This document shows, piece after piece, positions 38,878 to 48,977 of a DNA stretch of 64,000 bases. Positions within the stretch are counted from its first letter, which is position 1. Each line of letters starts with the position of its first letter. The position numbers were made by a program, and so were the translations under genes. Below the pieces are notes generated by a model. It was given only the letters and a program-made list of their open reading frames with translations. It was not told the DNA's origin and ran no database searches. This stretch comes from Candidatus Zhuqueibacterota bacterium. GTDB taxonomy: Bacteria > Zhuqueibacterota > Zhuqueibacteria > Thermofontimicrobiales > Thermofontimicrobiaceae. The stretch lies in contig JBMOPW010000026.1 of the NCBI GenBank assembly GCA_049322915.1, positions 160,001 through 224,000 of the forward strand. Direction: 5' to 3'.

Positions 38878-39461
38878 GTAATTGATCACAGGGGATCAAA
38901 AGTTGTATTTGTTTACTTTGGACAGGATAACATGATGATAATGATTTACCGGATTATTCTCTATCCGGTAATATCCTCACCTTTCTTTTAACTTCTACCT
39001 TATGTGGAGAGAAATTCAGCAATAAGCCTACTGGTTTGATAGTGGCCGTTAGATAATTCACCAACTGGACTTCAAACTCCTTTACTATTTTTTCTACGGA
39101 TTTCAATTCAATGATGATCAGCTCGTCGACAATGATATCCGCTTTAAAATTGCCGACGACTACTCCTTCATAATAAACCTTTATGGGTTTTTGTCTTTCT
39201 ACAGCAAATCCCATTGTTTTTAATTCAATTGTCAGGGCATTTTCATAAACAGACTCCAAAAAACCAAATCCTAACATGTTATATACTTTGTAAGCACAGC
39301 CAATAATTTTTTCAGTCAAGCTTGCAAGTTCCATTACGCAGCCTCTTGTGATTTACACGATTATGTTTTGATTAACATGATAAAGAGCTAAAGTTAATTA
39401 ATCCTGTCTATCCCAAACATCCTGTTATCCTGTCATTCTTAACTACCCTGTGATCGGTTAC
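38878..39461. mobile_element. Inverted-repeat-bounded cassette carrying a GxxExxY gene
   Basis: GTAATTGATCACAGGG (38878-93) versus CCCTGTGATCGGTTAC (39446-61), plus an inner inverted ~9-mer array (38921-54 versus 39401-34). Confidence 0.65.
38954..39334 (-). CDS. GxxExxY protein (PD-(D/E)xK-like)
   Basis: LGFGFLESVYENAL; ADIIV..IIELKSV; QLVNYL..GLLLNF. Confidence 0.93.
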   Translation of the reverse strand: MELASLTEKIIGCAYKVYNMLGFGFLESVYENALTIELKTMGFAVERQKPIKVYYEGVVVGNFKADIIVDELIIIELKSVEKIVKEFEVQLVNYLTATIKPVGLLLNFSPHKVEVKRKVRILPDRE

Positions 39462-39779
39462 GGCTTAAGAATAATTTTAGATAAGATTGTAATAAAAATT
39501 GAGGATACAAATGAAGATCGAAACACACTGAGATTCCGCCACAGGAAATAGATCGATGCTTTTATTATAATAAATTTTTCTAAAAAATCAACTAAAATCG
39601 TAATTAAAATTGAATGAGAATTTACTTTTATAATTTTCTCTTTCAGAGTCACGGTTCGCTGCTCCTGTTCAGGCCGTTAAAACAAGAACGGCAAAAGTCG
39701 TTGCTGCAGATAGCCTTCCCTTACTCAACCACTCCTCTCACTCAACAAAATCAGCGGAATAATAATTTCATAAAACACC

Positions 39780-39808
39780 TTGATTTTTAACCCGAAATAT
39801 CCTATATT
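39780..39808 (+). promoter_or_regulatory. sigma70-type promoter of pheST
   Basis: TTGATT-17 nt-TATATT. Confidence 0.6.
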
Positions 39809-39858
39809 TACCGACACTTTTTCAAAAAATGCTCACGCTTCTAACAACGGGAAATTTC

Positions 39859-41388
39859 ATGAAACCGACGATCAATGAAAATCAATGGAAATTATTCAAA
39901 GCTCTGCTGGAATCCGAGTCAGGATTGACCGCTCAGGAACTGGTCGACCGAACCGGCATTGACCATCCTATGGTGATGTCCACATTCGTATTCGGACAGG
40001 AACAGCGCTGGCTGGACGTTCACGAAGATGCCCGCGAAGAACTGGTGCCTGCGGAAGCCGCTTCTGAGTTGATGAAAGCCGGTCTGCCGGAGCGTCAGGG
40101 TTTGGCCCTGTTTCGGGAAACCGGGCGAATTGCCATGCGCGACCTGGCCCAAATGGCCGGCCAGAAAAACATACCCATGAACGAAATCGTAAAATGGGGT
40201 TCGCTACGCGGCTGGTACGACAAGGACCGGGGCGATTTAATTCTCACCGACGCCGGCAAGCGGGCCATCAACAATCCGGACGACGATGAAAAAGCGCTGG
40301 AACTCGCTCTGGAATCTGATAAAATATTTTTGGATGAATTGGCCGCGCAAAACCTGGATGTGGAGCGAATAAAGAAGCTGCTGAACAATCGCATTGCTGT
40401 GGCCAAAATAAAGCCGCGAACCATTCGGACTGCCAGCCTGACCGAGGCCGGCCGCAGCGCGCTCACCGGGGATATTAAAATTGTGAAAGAGCGCAATGTG
40501 CTCACTTCCGAAGACATCACCAGCGGCGAGTGGAAGAACATCGAGTTGCGCCATTACGATGTCACATTGGAGGCTGAAAAAGTGTACCCGGCCAAGACGC
40601 ATCTCATGCAGAAAATCATTCAGCAGACGCGCAGGGCGTTTCTGGAAATGGGCTTCACTGAAATTGTGTCGCCCCAGGTGGAATCCGCGTTCTGGGATTT
40701 CGACGCGCTGTTCCAGCCGCAGGATCACCCGGCTCGCGATATGCAGGATACATTTTACATCCAGCGCCCCAATGTCGCCAAATTGCCGGAGGAGGAATTG
40801 GTCGAAAAAGTGAAACTCACCCACGAAAACGGCTGGGAGACAGGCTCCATCGGTTGGGGTTACAACTGGAATCGCGACCGCGCCAAACAGGTTGTGCTTC
40901 GAACGCACACCACAGCCACCACCATCCGCGCCCTCGCCGAGAATCCCAATCCGCCGCGCAAGGTGTTCTGCGTGGGAAAAGTCTATCGCAATGAGGCCAT
41001 CAGCTATAAACATCTGCCGGAGTTCTTCCAGGTGGACGGCATCATCATCGACGAGCAGGCCAGTTTGTCCACGCTGTTGGGGACACTGCGGGAATTCTAC
41101 CGCAAAATGGGATTCGACAAACTGAAATTCAAACCGAGCTTCTTTCCCTACACCGAACCCAGCGCCGAGGTGTTCGTCTACATGGAATCGAAAAAAGACT
41201 GGATCGAGCTTGGCGGTTCCGGCGTGTTTCGCCCGGAAGTGACGCGGCCGTTAGGCTGCAACGTGCCGGTACTGGCCTGGGGCCTGGGCCTCGACCGCCT
41301 GGCCATGCTTCGTTACGGCTTAAGTGATATTCGAGAACTCTACTGGAGTGATCTGGATAAAATGAAGGAGGTGCCCCTGTGCCAGTAG
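39859..41388 (+). CDS. pheS: Phenylalanine-tRNA ligase alpha subunit, archaeal/eukaryal type
   Basis: FDALFQPQDHPARDMQDTF, LRTHTT, YRNE, FFPYTEPS and AWGLGLDR motifs; ~510 aa with a long N-terminal extension. Confidence 0.96.
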   Translation: MKPTINENQWKLFKALLESESGLTAQELVDRTGIDHPMVMSTFVFGQEQRWLDVHEDAREELVPAEAASELMKAGLPERQGLALFRETGRIAMRDLAQMAGQKNIPMNEIVKWGSLRGWYDKDRGDLILTDAGKRAINNPDDDEKALELALESDKIFLDELAAQNLDVERIKKLLNNRIAVAKIKPRTIRTASLTEAGRSALTGDIKIVKERNVLTSEDITSGEWKNIELRHYDVTLEAEKVYPAKTHLMQKIIQQTRRAFLEMGFTEIVSPQVESAFWDFDALFQPQDHPARDMQDTFYIQRPNVAKLPEEELVEKVKLTHENGWETGSIGWGYNWNRDRAKQVVLRTHTTATTIRALAENPNPPRKVFCVGKVYRNEAISYKHLPEFFQVDGIIIDEQASLSTLLGTLREFYRKMGFDKLKFKPSFFPYTEPSAEVFVYMESKKDWIELGGSGVFRPEVTRPLGCNVPVLAWGLGLDRLAMLRYGLSDIRELYWSDLDKMKEVPLCQ

Positions 41389-43169
41389 TTGCCATCAGCG
41401 CCAATCGGCTCAACACATTGATTGGAAAACATTTTGAAATGGATGTGCTGGTCGAAACGTTCAAGCAGTTGGGCTGCGACGTCGAGGATACCGCCACACT
41501 GGCGTTGTACAAATGTCCGGCCTGCGAAACGCCGAACGACAAGCTGGATTTTGAAGACGCGCCCCGTCGCTGCGACTTCTGCGGATTCGAGCGCGAGGAG
41601 CCGTTTGAAAAATTCGCCACGGACAAGGTCATCCGCATCGACCTGTTGGCGGACCGGCCCGATCTTTTCGACGCCGGCGGACTTTCCCGCGCGTTCAAAG
41701 GGTATCTTCACATGGAAGAGGGACTCTCGGAAATTGGCGTGTCCGATGGCGATGTGGAAGTGAACGTTGCTCCCAGCATGTCGGAGAAAGATACCTTTCG
41801 GCCTTACATTGTCTGCGCTGTTGTCACAATGCCGGCGCTGGATCAGGACAGCCTGCGCGAAATTATGCGCTTGCAGGAAAATCTCCACTGGGGAATTGGC
41901 CGCGACCGCAAGTTAGCGTCCATTGGCGTGTACGACATGGCAGCCATTCAGCTGCCCATTCACTATCGCACTGTTGACCCTGTGAAATTTCAGTTCTGTC
42001 CGTTGGGCAAACCAGGCCAACAGATGACGCCGAAGCAGATTCTGGAAGAGCATCCCAAGGGCAAGGCCTACGCCCATCTGATGGCGCCGTATGCCCGGTA
42101 CCCGATTTTAATAGATGATAACGGACTGGTTCTGTCCATGCCGCCCATCATCAACAGCGATGCGACGAAATGTAAAATTGGATCGTCCCGGCTGTTCATC
42201 GACGTCACAGGAATCAGCCGCGACGCGGTGGTGAATTCGCTGAATACGCTGGTCAGCGCGCTGTCCGAAATTGGCGGAAAGGTGGAGACCGTGAACATGA
42301 ATTATCCTGACAAAGCCGTTCGCACGCCGGATTTAACGCCGCGCACGATTAAGGTGGGCTATGAAGCGTCCAAACGCTGGTTGGGCGTTGAATACACGCG
42401 CGACGAGTTTATGGGTTACCTGCGCAAGATGCGGCTGAACGTGGAGCCAAAGGGCGATACGTACGAAGTCAGCTACCCGGCGTTCCGAACCGATATCCGC
42501 CACGAAGTGGATATTTTCGAAGACCTGGCCATTGGCTACGGCTACGACAGGATTGAAAAGAGGCTTGTGCCCAATCTGACCATCGGCGAGGCCCGCCGGG
42601 AGGAACTGCTCAGCCAGATCGTCCGCGAGGCCATGCTGGGGCTCGGCTTTAGCGAAATCATGAGCCTGAACCTGCAATCGCTGGAGCGGCATTTCACCAA
42701 GTTTTTGATGGAGCCGGACGACAACCACGTGATTGTGGAAAATCCGAAAACCATCGAGCAAAAGGTGGTGCGCAACCATCTGATGACCGGCATCATGGAG
42801 ACGTTCCACAAAAATCGGCGAAAAGCGGTGCCCCAGCGGATATTTGAACTGGGCAATGTGATTCACCTCAATGCTGAGATGGAGACCGGCACCAACGAAT
42901 ACCGCCATCTGGCGTTTGCCACCATCGGCCCGGACGCAGGCTACGCCGATGTCCGCATGATCCTCGATTCCATTCTGGGCGAGCTGAAAAGAAAGGGAGA
43001 GTACCGGCCAGCCTCGCACCCGGCATTCTGCGAAGGCCGCTGCGCCGAAGTGAGCGACGGCAACGGGCTGTGGGCGCGCATTGGCGAAATCCACCCGCAG
43101 GTGCTGAATAATTTTGGACTGGCGTTCCCTGTGTCCTACTGCGAACTGCGGTTAGTGCGGGTGATTTGA
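41379..43169 (+). CDS. pheT: Phenylalanine-tRNA ligase beta subunit, archaeal/eukaryal type
   Basis: DRPDL, QENLH..GRDRK.ASIG.YD, SMPPIINS and RTDIRHEVDIFED.AIGYG motifs; 596 aa, too short to hold the bacterial OB and anticodon-binding domains. Confidence 0.95.
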   Translation: MPVVAISANRLNTLIGKHFEMDVLVETFKQLGCDVEDTATLALYKCPACETPNDKLDFEDAPRRCDFCGFEREEPFEKFATDKVIRIDLLADRPDLFDAGGLSRAFKGYLHMEEGLSEIGVSDGDVEVNVAPSMSEKDTFRPYIVCAVVTMPALDQDSLREIMRLQENLHWGIGRDRKLASIGVYDMAAIQLPIHYRTVDPVKFQFCPLGKPGQQMTPKQILEEHPKGKAYAHLMAPYARYPILIDDNGLVLSMPPIINSDATKCKIGSSRLFIDVTGISRDAVVNSLNTLVSALSEIGGKVETVNMNYPDKAVRTPDLTPRTIKVGYEASKRWLGVEYTRDEFMGYLRKMRLNVEPKGDTYEVSYPAFRTDIRHEVDIFEDLAIGYGYDRIEKRLVPNLTIGEARREELLSQIVREAMLGLGFSEIMSLNLQSLERHFTKFLMEPDDNHVIVENPKTIEQKVVRNHLMTGIMETFHKNRRKAVPQRIFELGNVIHLNAEMETGTNEYRHLAFATIGPDAGYADVRMILDSILGELKRKGEYRPASHPAFCEGRCAEVSDGNGLWARIGEIHPQVLNNFGLAFPVSYCELRLVRVI

Positions 43170-43201
43170 GGATTTCTTTTTGACTAAAACAGGATCAACG
43201 T

Positions 43202-43238
43202 AAAAACCGAATTCCCCAGCCGGGCATTCGGTTTTTTT
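43202..43238 (+). terminator. Rho-independent terminator (possibly bidirectional)
   Basis: A-run, ACCGAAT..CCC/GGG..ATTCGGT stem, T-run. Confidence 0.75.
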
Positions 43239-43518
43239 ATTATTGGTTTTTAGCCGTAGCTGCAATCTACCTGCAGAGGCAGAAAGGCCGGGGTAAAATG
43301 GGGACAGGTGAATTGTTTTTCAGGGATGCGCAGAGGCAGCTTCTTGTTCAATTGAATTCTGTCGCACGATATGAGTTTATAAAAATTGACTTTGTTATAT
43401 ACTCTCCGCTTGAAATCATCCACTTTCCAGACAGCTTGATGGCAACTTCGCACGTCAGCCATCGGTCATAAATTATCAGCCATTCCGCCTGCCGGGTTAT
43501 TTATCCATTTTGAAGTAC

Positions 43519-44958
43519 CTACCAGCCTATTTTCAATTGAGTGTAATAAGCAAATTCATTGACAAACCGATCAAAGGCGTACGCCCCATCAATGTGAATG
43601 AATTTCACAATTTTCAATCCCAGTCCCAGCGCAATGCGCTGATCCGACATGCCCAGACGGGGCGCTATGGTCAGGGCGTTGTTCAAGGTCGTGAAACGAT
43701 ATTCCGTTCCCAGGCCGATTCGATCTTCCATTTGCTCGAAACGGGTGTCATTCTCCGCGATGTCCACCCAATCAATGGCAATATCCCAATTTTGGGTCAG
43801 CGGATGCGAGATGCCGAGGCTCATGATAAACGGAGCTTTCAATTCGAACGGTCGCGTGATGGTCGCGCCCCAGGTTACCAGAGAATCGGTCTGCCCGGAG
43901 CGGGGAATGAGCCTGTAAAACTGAAAATCAGAGGAAATAGTTTTGGTGATCTCTTTCATCGGGAAGACATTTTGAAATGTTGCGCCAACTGACGTTCCAA
44001 ATTTGAATTGATACTGCGCGCCGATATCGCCAGTAACACCAGTGACATCGGATTTGAATTTATTCCAGATGCTGCTGATAATTTCGTCGTAATCTTCCAC
44101 GGCTACTCTATCGAGCAAAAAGCGCCGGTTGATGATTTTGAGATTGGCGCCGATGGTGAAATTTTTTGTTATGGGCATGCCATAACCCACCGCGGCGACG
44201 ATGTCAAAATAGGAGCTATAGTATGCCGTTGGAAAGGCCTGATCGGAAAATTCCCGGGGGCCGGTGACCGCCGGCGCCAAAGCGGCTGTCAATTGAATGG
44301 CCGCCTGGGCAACGGCAAGTGGATTGTCCAGCGTCGAAGGGATCTCAACATCCATCAACGACTCGAACGTTGGGCTCAGTTGAACGACGAAGCCAGCCTG
44401 TCCCAGGCCATACAATGAAAATCCGAGATTGCCAAACTGCGCACTCATTCCGGGCAGGAAACTGATGCCATGCGTCTTTGGCGCTTCGCTCGGCCCGGTC
44501 ACTTCTACGAATAAATCATTGACGAAAACCAGGCCATCCTGGATGTCATGAAGCGCCTGCAATTTCTGCGCATTCGATGCGCCGGGCTCGGTCAATTGGG
44601 CCAGGCCATCATAAATCTGGTTGAGTGAAATGGCCTCCTCAAACTCGCTGATGTGCTGACTCAAATAGTTCGCTGCGTCGTACGTGGCAGAAGGCATGCC
44701 CGCCTGGATTCCGAAAATTTCGACTGAATGGCGCTTGTGTCCCAGCAATGCCGGATTGTACATCATGGCATTGTATGCTCCGGGATTCGCGATTTGTGCG
44801 TTACCCATTCCCAGGGCGCGCACGTCGAACGAATTGACAGGATAGCCCAGAAAAACTGTTTTCGCCGTTTGGAACTGATGAGGTAGCTCTGTAATTTGAG
44901 GCCACGCACAGGTCGCGATGAGGAGAGAAAGGAAAAGTGTAGCACATGTTCTTTTCAT
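43519..44958 (-). CDS. Outer-membrane beta-barrel, PorV/TraF/FadL-like
   Basis: RALGMGNA..AMMYNPALL N-terminal motif; C-terminal aromatic residue (KIGW). Confidence 0.7.
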   Translation of the reverse strand: MKRTCATLFLSLLIATCAWPQITELPHQFQTAKTVFLGYPVNSFDVRALGMGNAQIANPGAYNAMMYNPALLGHKRHSVEIFGIQAGMPSATYDAANYLSQHISEFEEAISLNQIYDGLAQLTEPGASNAQKLQALHDIQDGLVFVNDLFVEVTGPSEAPKTHGISFLPGMSAQFGNLGFSLYGLGQAGFVVQLSPTFESLMDVEIPSTLDNPLAVAQAAIQLTAALAPAVTGPREFSDQAFPTAYYSSYFDIVAAVGYGMPITKNFTIGANLKIINRRFLLDRVAVEDYDEIISSIWNKFKSDVTGVTGDIGAQYQFKFGTSVGATFQNVFPMKEITKTISSDFQFYRLIPRSGQTDSLVTWGATITRPFELKAPFIMSLGISHPLTQNWDIAIDWVDIAENDTRFEQMEDRIGLGTEYRFTTLNNALTIAPRLGMSDQRIALGLGLKIVKFIHIDGAYAFDRFVNEFAYYTQLKIGW

Positions 44959-45208
44959 GTTGCCTCCACATGTTTAATTTAAGTATTTGATAATGAGATG
45001 CAAATTCGAAAAGCTGCGCCAATGAATTTCAACGGCTCTGTTATTTGTCGATTTGATACACTCATCATTTGTAAACCATGCCAGGTTGATATGGGTCGAT
45101 CTTTGTTATTTTGAAAATCGTTTCAGAAAATCGACCATGACATTGGCGCCATCCAGGTCTAACTCTTCCAGCCCATCAAATTTTCTGATCTCATCGTACC
45201 GACTGAAT

Positions 45209-45241
45209 AAAAAAAGCCCTGCATTGTCATCATGCAAGGCT
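45209..45241 (-). terminator. Rho-independent terminator
   Basis: On the minus strand: AGCCTTGCAT/ATGCAGGGCT stem followed by a T-run. Confidence 0.8.
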
Positions 45242-45275
45242 GTGCATTTTTCGGTTCAGGGATTAGGGCGATTCC

Positions 45276-46199
45276 TTAAAACTTCACACCAAATGTAATC
45301 CGATGGGAATTGCCCAGATCGGATGTGAACGGGACATACGCATAATCCAGCCTGTAGCGCTTCACCTGCACGCCAAACCCGGCGCTGATTCCTTTGTCAT
45401 CCCAGCCAGTCTGATAGCCTAACCGCAAGGCAAAGTAATTGACAAACGCGTACTCCATGCCCATGTTGACGTGTGAATTGCCGTCGATCACCATCAACCA
45501 ATCCGACGCAGCCAGAATCGACCCATTGAAAAGCTGCATGGGCAATTGATAAGCAAACCCGGCGCGAATTGTCTGCGGGAGTTGCAGCGATTCGTCGCGC
45601 AATTCAGTGACGTATCCAAAATTCTGTAATGCCAACCCCACGCGGAGTCCGGTGATCCGGGGGCGATAGACAATGCCCATATCAACAGCGGCGCCGGTGC
45701 TGCTTTCGATATAAATTTTTTCATACAAATATTTCACTGTAACACCCCAGTCAAGATTCCGGTGAAACGCCCGGGCATAGGAAAGGCCGAACATAATGTC
45801 GTGCGCTTCCAGTACGTCCAGCGGTTCGGCGCTGGGACTCACCCGTCGTTCGATCCCGGCGACATTATTGGAAATGAAACTGACGCCGAATGCGCTTTTC
45901 CCGGCGCCAAATCGCACTGCCACAAATTCATTGGTGATGTCGTGCAGCCACTGGTTATGGGTGAAACTCAATTCAGTCCCCTCCATCGTCACCAGGCCGG
46001 CCGGATTCCAGTAAGCGCCGCTGGCGTCATTGGCAATGGCCGTATACGCCTCACCCATTGCGGCAGCCCGGCTGCCAGCGCCCAACTTCAAAAACGCCAG
46101 TCCGGTGCCGGCTGCGCTTTCGGAAGAAAAGCCAGTCGTCGCGCCGATGCCGAGCATGACCAGCGTTAACGCCAAAAATGTGAATATCGAATACTTCAT
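45276..46199 (-). CDS. PorV/PorQ-family outer-membrane protein
   Basis: FLKLGAGSRAAAMGEA..YWNPAG; DYAYVPF.DLGNSHRITFGVKF. Confidence 0.85.
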   Translation of the reverse strand: MKYSIFTFLALTLVMLGIGATTGFSSESAAGTGLAFLKLGAGSRAAAMGEAYTAIANDASGAYWNPAGLVTMEGTELSFTHNQWLHDITNEFVAVRFGAGKSAFGVSFISNNVAGIERRVSPSAEPLDVLEAHDIMFGLSYARAFHRNLDWGVTVKYLYEKIYIESSTGAAVDMGIVYRPRITGLRVGLALQNFGYVTELRDESLQLPQTIRAGFAYQLPMQLFNGSILAASDWLMVIDGNSHVNMGMEYAFVNYFALRLGYQTGWDDKGISAGFGVQVKRYRLDYAYVPFTSDLGNSHRITFGVKF

Positions 46200-46262
46200 T
46201 GTTCTACCGCTTCTTCCTGTTGTTGTTGAAATGAAATAATACTAAACTGTTGTGCTGGATCA

Positions 46263-47243
46263 TTAAAATTGAAATGACCACGTAAAAATATGTTCGCTGG
46301 AAACGTCATAGCTTTTCGTGACAAACGCATAATTGATCTGCACCGGCTTTGTGAAAATTTCAAATAAAAATCCGGCGCCCAGAGCAGGCGAGCCATTATT
46401 CAACCCGGCCCGCAGGAAACACCGGTCGACCAGCTTCGCCTCTGTCCCGACAAAATATTTCATGTCCTGCTGATTATTTTTTTCAATATCCATTGCCACC
46501 AACAGCCACGGATAGGGCCAGCGCAATGCGATCCCGCCGCAATAGGTTTTTGGGAAGCGGTCAATTTTATCGATGTCCTTCTCCCAGAGTTTATCGGTCT
46601 TCCAATTGTATCGGGCATTCAGTTCTTTCACCGCGAAGCCGATCGAAAGATACGGCAATGGCTTGTACAAAATTCCCAGGTCCAGACCCAGGCCGGTATC
46701 CGAAATGGTGGCGTTGTCCTCGCCCATGTCCGGGAAGCGATTGTACAGGACTTTTGCTGTAAATCCAATGGCCAGATTTTTCAAAGGCATGACGCCGAAG
46801 GACAGGGCGAACGCGTTTTCCGCATTCGAAAAAGTCTGATAATGATTGCCTGAGAAATCGCGTCCATCAATATTATCGACACCGGCATGTATCCATGTGA
46901 GCGCAATGCCGCCGTTCAGCGCTTTTTCATCGGATCCATCCCCAATTTTTGGCCGAATGCCGGTCGCAAAGCCGATGTAGTTGAAATGCCGGTCCAGCGA
47001 TAAAAATCGGTAGGATAGATTGACCTGCCGCGATTCCAGCATGGGCACGCCGCCGGGATTATAATAAGCTGCTTCCGGGCCATCAGCGACGGCAGTGAAT
47101 GCTCCGCCCATTCCATTGGCTCGGGCGCCCAATCCCATTCTCAGAAACGCGCCAGCCAGAATACTTTCGTCCGCAATGCTGTTTGCAGTCATCAATAAAA
47201 AGATAAGGCCGATTGACCCTATTGTGAATTTCAACTTATTCAT
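46263..47243 (-). CDS. PorV/PorQ-family outer-membrane protein
   Basis: AFLRMGLGARANGMGGA..YYNPGG; ends HIFTWSFQF. Confidence 0.82.
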   Translation of the reverse strand: MNKLKFTIGSIGLIFLLMTANSIADESILAGAFLRMGLGARANGMGGAFTAVADGPEAAYYNPGGVPMLESRQVNLSYRFLSLDRHFNYIGFATGIRPKIGDGSDEKALNGGIALTWIHAGVDNIDGRDFSGNHYQTFSNAENAFALSFGVMPLKNLAIGFTAKVLYNRFPDMGEDNATISDTGLGLDLGILYKPLPYLSIGFAVKELNARYNWKTDKLWEKDIDKIDRFPKTYCGGIALRWPYPWLLVAMDIEKNNQQDMKYFVGTEAKLVDRCFLRAGLNNGSPALGAGFLFEIFTKPVQINYAFVTKSYDVSSEHIFTWSFQF

Positions 47244-47269
47244 TTTGATTCCTTTAACCTTATTGAAGG

Positions 47270-47378
47270 GTTACTATTCAGGCATGTATTCTTGCCGCAA
47301 AGACGCCAGGTCACGAAGTTAAAGAAGATGTACATTTTCTTATTCTATCTTTATAATGCGCTATTCAATAATTTTTTT
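47270..47378 (+). repeat. Partial copy of the element at 53726-53884
   Basis: ACTATTCAGGCATG.ATT.TTGC.GCAAAGAC.CCA.GTC.CGAAGTTA aligns with 53727 onward. The right end is replaced by the next element. Confidence 0.7.
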
Positions 47379-47504
47379 GTAACGACTCAGGTTGGCTGAT
47401 TCAGGGTTCAAGGTAAAAATCCGTTCGCTATTTAAATTTCAATAAATGAATACACTTTTCAACCCTGAACCGGGAACCTTTAAACCGGGAACCTGAGCAG
47501 TATC
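47379..47504. repeat. Short element with inverted termini and 7-mer arrays
   Basis: GTAACGACTCAGGTT ... AACCTGAGCAGTATC, with inner units cagggtt/caaggt versus aaccctg aaccggg aaccttt aaccggg. Confidence 0.55.
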
Positions 47505-47527
47505 ATTGAAGATACCCATCCAAAAAT

Positions 47528-48976
47528 TCAATCGATGATGATCACTTTGCCCCAGTATGTACCGTCGCCTTCCAGGTCCAACTGGTAAAAATAAACGCCA
47601 TTGGCCAGCAATTTCCCGTCTTCATTCTCGCCATTCCAGGGTATCACGCCAGCCTGATTGGCAGGAAATGAACCGCCCTGAATCGTCGTCACCAGATCCA
47701 TGGCAAAATCGAAAATGCGGATTGTCGCGCGCGTCGCGCTGGTGGTATTGAATTGAAACCGGATAAAGCCATCGCCGCCAATTTGATTGTGCCGCAGGGG
47801 CGAAAACGGATTGGGATAAGCGTACACGCGCGGCTCGCCGGATTTGCCCGGTCTCACAAAGGCGCGGTGAACCGTCCAGTTGACGCCGCCATCGGCGGAG
47901 TTGGCCAATCCGTCGGCGCTGCCGGCCCAGAGCACATTGGAAGGCGTCACGCCCACGGAGTAAAACTCCACCGTGTACAATTTTTCGTTGTTATCCGCAT
48001 CGATAATTTGAGGGAACACATCCCAGGTTTCGCCGCAGTCCGGGGATTTCCAGAGCCCGCTATCCGTTGCAGCGTAGACAGCATTCCCGTCACAGGAGAA
48101 ATTATAGGTGAATTTCCCGCGCAAGGCGGTGCTCCACGTGAGGCCGCCGTCTTCGGTTCTGGAGACAGCGCGATACTCAGTTGGATCGTCGGTGTTGGCC
48201 GTCGCTGCCCAGAGGATGGTTTTGTCCGCTGTGCGCTGCTGACAAAATGCGACGACATGATTACCGGCAATGGGGCTATCCTGATTTTGGTGGGTGAACT
48301 GCGTTTCCCAGGTTTTGCCGGCGTCATACGACACATTGATGCCCTCGGCCGTTCCGCACCAGAGAGTATCGCCCACGGCAAGCAGGGAAAATACGCGGTG
48401 GTTGTAATACTCGTCCGGATTGAAGTTGTAATTGTCCGGCGGACGCACCTGCCATGTCCGGCCCAGGTCGCTCGACTTCATCAGTCCGCCCCCGAAGCTG
48501 GCGATCCACACCGTGGAATCGATCACCGCGATATCATAGGTAATATTGTTGATCAGCGTCCAATCGCCGCCGGGCAAAGGCTGCGGCACGAAATGCCACG
48601 TTGCGCCATGATCCAGAGAATAACTGAGACCGCCGCCGGCCGGCCAGTTCTCGCCATCGAAGAGGGTATCAATGGCAGTGGCGACCCAGATCAGCGAATC
48701 CTCGACTGCAATAGCGGAAACGCCGCCGCGACCAATGCCCTGTTTTCGTGAGTAGGTCACCCACGTTTCTCCGCCATCTTCGGTTTTGGACAATCCTTTC
48801 CCCGTGCCGATCCAGATTGTGTTTTCATCCACGACCACAATATCCGAAACGCTGTTGCTTTTTATCCCGGATTCAGGGTCAGCCAGTAATTTGTAACTGG
48901 ATTTGGATAAAACCTGGCTCATCGCAGAGCTAAAACTGAGGCTTAAAAGAAAAATCAATAGGATGACTTTTTTCAT
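47528..48976 (-). CDS. Secreted BNR/Asp-box beta-propeller protein with FlgD/T9SS-like C-terminal domain
   Basis: Repeated S.D.G.TW motifs; YAYPNPFSP...WNG...NGVYFY...GKVIIID. Confidence 0.85.
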   Translation of the reverse strand: MKKVILLIFLLSLSFSSAMSQVLSKSSYKLLADPESGIKSNSVSDIVVVDENTIWIGTGKGLSKTEDGGETWVTYSRKQGIGRGGVSAIAVEDSLIWVATAIDTLFDGENWPAGGGLSYSLDHGATWHFVPQPLPGGDWTLINNITYDIAVIDSTVWIASFGGGLMKSSDLGRTWQVRPPDNYNFNPDEYYNHRVFSLLAVGDTLWCGTAEGINVSYDAGKTWETQFTHQNQDSPIAGNHVVAFCQQRTADKTILWAATANTDDPTEYRAVSRTEDGGLTWSTALRGKFTYNFSCDGNAVYAATDSGLWKSPDCGETWDVFPQIIDADNNEKLYTVEFYSVGVTPSNVLWAGSADGLANSADGGVNWTVHRAFVRPGKSGEPRVYAYPNPFSPLRHNQIGGDGFIRFQFNTTSATRATIRIFDFAMDLVTTIQGGSFPANQAGVIPWNGENEDGKLLANGVYFYQLDLEGDGTYWGKVIIID

Positions 48977-48977
48977 G

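Noticed and set aside
39470..39858. T-box or attenuator leader for pheST
   Set aside because: No T-box consensus or Phe-rich leader peptide; the best promoter lies only ~50 nt before the start codon.
45106..45205. Minus-strand peptide RYDEIRKFDGLEELDLDGANVMVDFLKRFSK
   Set aside because: Possibly a gene remnant, but too short and lacking a start; cannot be assigned.
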